Positions 59,401 through 64,000 of a stretch of DNA of 64,000 bases are shown one piece after another; within the stretch, counting starts at the first letter, position 1; each line of letters starts with the position of its first letter. The position numbers and the translations under genes are program-made. Origin of the DNA: Monocercomonoides exilis PA203 (Eukaryota > Protista > Preaxostyla); the NCBI GenBank assembly GCA_001643675.2, contig LSRY02000027.1, positions 124,001-188,000 on the forward strand, written 5' to 3'. The notes under the pieces are model-generated. The model was not told where the DNA came from. It worked only from the letters and a program-made list of their open reading frames with translations, and did no database searches.

Positions 59401-62400
59401 GATGAAGATGATGAGAATGACGAAGAGGAAGAGGAAGAGGAAGAGGAAGAAGAAGAAGAAGAAGAAGAAGAAAATGAAGATGAAAATGAGAATGAAGAAA
59501 GGGAAGAGGAGGAAGAAGAAGAAGAGGAAGAAGAAGAGATAAAGGACAATGATAATAAGAGCATTGAAGAAGCAAAAATAAAAGAAGAGAAAGATAAAAA
59601 AGAACTGGATATGAACATAAAAGTGAAAGAGTTAAATGAAATGGGAACAGAAATTGAGTCAAAAGTTGAAATGGAAAAAGAACCAGAAAAGGAACCAGAA
59701 AAGGAACCAGAAAAGGAACCAGAAAAGCAAAAAATGGAAGTTAGAAGGATGGAAACAAGATCTGTAAAAAGTGTGAGAGAATTATTGTCAATGGGAACAA
59801 AAACGAAAAAGACACTAGAAGAAAAAGAGAAGGAAAAAAAGGTCATTCAAAATGAAACAAAGAAAGGAGGAAAGAGTTCAACTAAGTTAAGCGAAAAAGA
59901 AGCATTGAAACCTGCTAACTTTTTTTCAGCATCAAAAACAGGAATTCAATCACAATCAAAGAAAAGAAAACGGTTCACTTCAACTGTATGCCATGATGAC
60001 GATGATGATGATGAAGTTGAATCAAAGGATGTGGGAAATGCTGAAGTCGAAAAAAGCGTTGTCACCTCAGTCACAAGTGAAATGAATAAGGAAGTTGCTC
60101 ATTCAAGTGTGCCTGCTCCTGAATCGGAAGTTTCAGTTGCAGCGCCTAATGAGTCAGCGCTCAGCGATGACACTTCAATTTCTGTACCAGATGTGCCAAC
60201 TTTAACTCAAGAAGTGCCCGCTTCAAATCCAGAAGTACTTGTTCCAAATTCAGAAGTGCAAATTTCAACTTCTCAAGCACCAAAAAGTCGAATTCATCGC
60301 CTTGTTAAAGCAAATGACGAGGAAGATGATGATATGCTTGATGACTTTATTCCACCAAGAAGAAAAAGTACCATCAAAAATAAAACAACAACGGAATCAC
60401 AGAAAGGAAAGGAGAAACAGCAAAAAGGAGAGATCAAAAAAGAAAGAAAAGAAAAAGGTTGGATGAAGGCAACTCTACGAGAGCTGATTGGCTTGACTCC
60501 TGCCAAACAGCCTCCAGAACCAAAAGCTTCATCAGCAGATGCTTCATCATCTGATTCGTCTGCTTCTGCATACCGCTATTCTGAAGCAGTTCTGGAGCGT
60601 GAGGGAGCCTTCCAAGCACTGCAGATCATTCGAAGCTCGCGAAGATCAAAGAAGTCTGGTTCTTCTTCAATGGACTCTTTCCTCGACGACTCAGCACCTT
60701 CGTTCCATACGCCAAGCGTATCTGTCGTTGGATGTCTTCTTCTCTTCCGCTGTGCCCCAACGTTGGAAGAACAGCTGGAATGGGTCGGAGTCTGCCAGCG
60801 TTTTGATCCACTCTCGTCAAAGATTGTGATTGTGAAGAAGAAGAAAATATTAAAAGACAAGGCAATTGAAGACGGAGAAAGCAAATTAAAGAATGGTGAT
60901 GCTGAGGATTCAACAAGCATGGAACAAAAGAAGAAACAAATCGAAAAAATTAGCATGGAAAAAGATTGCATGAAAATGGATGAAGACACAGTTAGTTTGA
61001 AAAGTTCAACTGAAGAACAAGGAGAGAATCAAAAAAATCCCAAAGAAAAAAGTAATGAAACCAATACTTCTCAAGCAGCTGTATCTACAACGTTTGTGAT
61101 GGAAGAAATGAAAATTGAAATTAACATTGAAAACGAATCATTTACTCATTTGCTTTCACTTTCTGCTCAATTAATGGTGTATTCATTCATTCCCATTCCA
61201 GAAGCTGAGCAGCGAAGAAGAAGAAGAATAGAAAACGAAGCGAAAAGAAAGCTCGCAAAAGAAGAAAAAGAAAGAAGAAGAAAAGAAAGGATTGAAATGA
61301 GGCAAAAGAAAAAAGAAGAGGACGAACGAATCAAAAGAGAGAAAGAACTTGAGAAAAAAAGGCAACGCGATAGTACAATTACATTTGTTTCAGCGATGGC
61401 ACCTTCGCTTTTATCAAACGGAATGTCTGTGTCCAATTCTGGCATTTCACCATCACTCGCTCCGATAACTGGAACTCCTTTCGATTTGCTTTCATCGGCT
61501 TCGCTATCTTCCTTGCCTCAAATTGCGCTTCCAACATCACTGACGCATCCACATGCGCATCGAGTGCATACTATAACACTCGAAGGGTCTCTTCTAAAGT
61601 ATTTTATTACACATTGCTTCCATAAATCTTCTGGGAGAACTGAGGCATTAGAAAGATTTGAAAAAGAAATGAAGAAAAGAGAGGAAAGAAGAGAGAAACG
61701 AAGAAAATTGAAAGAAGAAAGAGAAAAGGAAAAGGAAAATGGAATAAAACAAGAAGAAACTTCCATAAACGAAAAGCAAGAAGATGCTCATGTTCTTTCA
61801 AAAGACGAAGTAAAAGAAGACGTTAAAGAGAAAGAGAAAGAGAAAGAAAAGGAAAAGGAAAAGGAAAAGGAAAAGCAGACACGAGTGAGAGTGAATCAGA
61901 AGCAATTATCAAAAGTGATTACTGAAGTTGGGAGATTCAGTAAAAAGAGGAGACAGTGGCTAGTCAAAATAGAGTACTATCACTGCTTTGGTTTGACCGA
62001 AACTGAAGATGAAAAGGAGGAGAGAGAAAAGGAAGAGCGAGAAGAGAAAGAAAGAAAGAAAGAACGGGAAAAGAAGAAAGAGAAAGAAGAAAAAGAGAAA
62101 GAAGAAAAAGAGAAAGAAGAAAAAGAGAAAGAAGAAAAGGGAGATAAAGATGATAAAATTGATAAAGAGGAAAAGGAGAAAGAGGAGAAAGAACCAAAAA
62201 GCAAAGAAATTAATGCGATGGATATTGAAGAGAAAGAAAGTGAAGTTAAAGAGGAAACAACTGAAAAGCCAACGGAAGTTGTTGATCAGCCACTTCCAGA
62301 ATGGCTTTCAACATTACTGCGCCAACCAGATCCTCCAACTCCATATTTATTTGACTTTAGCTCTCAGACAATAGAATCTGATCCATTTTCAGCGCTTCCA

Positions 62401-63978
62401 TCAAATGCACTAGCAACTTCAATTCCTGCATCATCAACTGGATTGTTTTCCCCCACTCATCCTCATGCAGCTAAAAATGCTGCAAAAATGAAGTTTATGA
62501 TACCACTTTCTTCATTAACAGACGACCAATTAAGATTTTTAGAGCAACAAGCTGTCAACATAACTATTGCTCTAAAAGCAATTAGAATTTTGAGAGATGG
62601 GACTGAAGTGAACCACCTTGATGCCCCATTAAATTCTCTTCAAACTGACAACTCAAAGTCTGCATCTTCTTCTGCAAACATTAATGAAATAAAGAAAATC
62701 GAAAATGAAGAAGGAAAGGAAGAATTTAAAACAATGACAACAAAAATTGAGCAAGCTTCGTGTCCACCATACCCGTCTTCAGACACATCATTGACACAGA
62801 ATCAGCAAGTATTAGCTCCTAATGATGCAAGCTGTTCATCTCTCTCACCTCTTTCGCCTACAAGTTCAACTTTGAATGTAGAAAAATCTCAGTCCACTTC
62901 TATTGAAAATAGTCAAGGTATAGTCAATGAAACTTCATCATCTTCTTCAACCATTTCACAAATTTCAGCGAATCCAACTCATTCTTCTCTCTCACAACCA
63001 TTACAAGAACAAACAAAATCAAACAAAAACGAAACTTCAAAAGATGCATTTTCTTCATTTGGACGAACTACGCATGTTGCAGCTCCTTATGTCAATCCAG
63101 CATTCCTTCATCCGCTTTCATTGGCATATCCAACAATTACCACTCCTCAATATTCGGCATCTTCATCAGACGCAGATTCAGCTAATTCTTCGAATGCATC
63201 ATCAAGTATTCTACCTACTCCTTTCATTCATCCTGCACTTCTCGAATCCTACTCACTTCCTCCGCTTCCAGAGATAACTCACACTCCTTTTGTGCTTCCA
63301 TCGAGCATTATCCAGTCAGCACCAATTTCTTCCCCTCTCTCACCAACTCCAAGCGTAGCATCCACCGCAACACAGCAAAATGTCTCCATCACCAGATCCA
63401 CTTCAACCACTTCGACTTCAACAACTTCATCACATACAGCAGCACATAAACGCAAAGTTTCTGTCGCTGAAGAAACAGCAAAGAACAGAATCAAAAAGAA
63501 GAAGAAGGCAAAGATTTCCAGCTCTTCATCAGCTGATATTTGGGAGGCTGTCTCACCAAAAGAATCGGCTATCTCGCTTCAGGAGAAAAAGAAGATAAAT
63601 CGATTGAGAGAACTGAGAACAAGACGTAGAGAGAGGATGAGACGAAGGAATATGGGAGAGCAAGTGAGCGAGACCGATGAAGAGGAACGAAGAGAGTTTG
63701 AAGAACTGGCAAAAGGGGAGGATAAAGCAAAAGGAATGAAGGGAAATCCAGTAGAGCTGATATCTGAAGATAAAGACCATAATCAGGCAAATCCAATAAT
63801 TGTACCAGAAACACCTATGGAAATTATAAAAGTTGAAAAAGATGATGAACAAAAGATGGAAATAGAAAAGCCAGATGATAGCGAAGATATTTCCAGTCCA
63901 GAAACTGAAGAAGCTCCAGAGCCACTTCAAGAATTACCTCACACGGAAAACGAAGACAAAAAAGAATTACTTAACTAG
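56417..63978 (+). CDS. Chromatin assembly factor 1 large subunit (p150/Cac1)-like, about 2440 aa, 3 exons
   Basis: KLLQ.....PCFFGFFRK.S..V.P.KPL..DP.VDY..EEDDEE (CAF1A-type motif) followed by an acidic tract, KER-like stretches, PIP-like QLTFF, and C-terminal winged-helix-like KQL.K.I.E........W.V....GL. Introns start at 56511 and 58447-58630. Confidence 0.72.
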
Positions 63979-64000
63979 AATCAGCCACTACAAATCAATT

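Noticed and set aside
14291-63930. Numerous short antisense or alternative-frame ORFs (poly-E, poly-L, poly-F, poly-K)
   Set aside because: Shadows of trinucleotide low-complexity coding sequence in the real genes.
1-64000. CRISPR array, rRNA, tRNA
   Set aside because: No repeat-spacer periodicity or recognisable structural RNA by eye, and the sequence is eukaryotic. A covariance-model scan was not run.

Overview
Intron-rich, AT-rich eukaryotic (flagellated protist) genomic DNA using the standard genetic code. Serine-run-laden proteins and short GTNTG introns suggest an oxymonad/metamonad such as Monocercomonoides (inference). The first ~11.3 kb is a DNA-transposon nest. An ISL2EU-type (PIF/Harbinger-superfamily) element carries a Merlin element inside its transposase gene, with an 8-bp TSD whose removal restores the reading frame, and a pogo DD35D element in its 5' region. 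A second, decayed but apparently full-length ISL2EU copy follows (7123-10508, 15-bp TIRs, AT flanks), together with a family of MITE/foldback derivatives sharing its GGGTGATTATTTTTG terminus. These recur at 40.1-41.4 kb. The rest is densely packed host genes: D-2-hydroxyacid dehydrogenase, PITP, an uncharacterised ATP-grasp-like protein, an MPP6-like gene absent from the ORF track, myotubularin, ATG4, a PA28 homologue with a replaced activation loop, a hypothetical protein, CFAP57/WDR65, RasGEF, a Pumilio protein with the canonical recognition code, long-chain acyl-CoA synthetase and a giant CAF-1 p150-like protein. No rRNA, tRNA or CRISPR array was recognised. All family calls come from motif recognition by eye; no database search was run.
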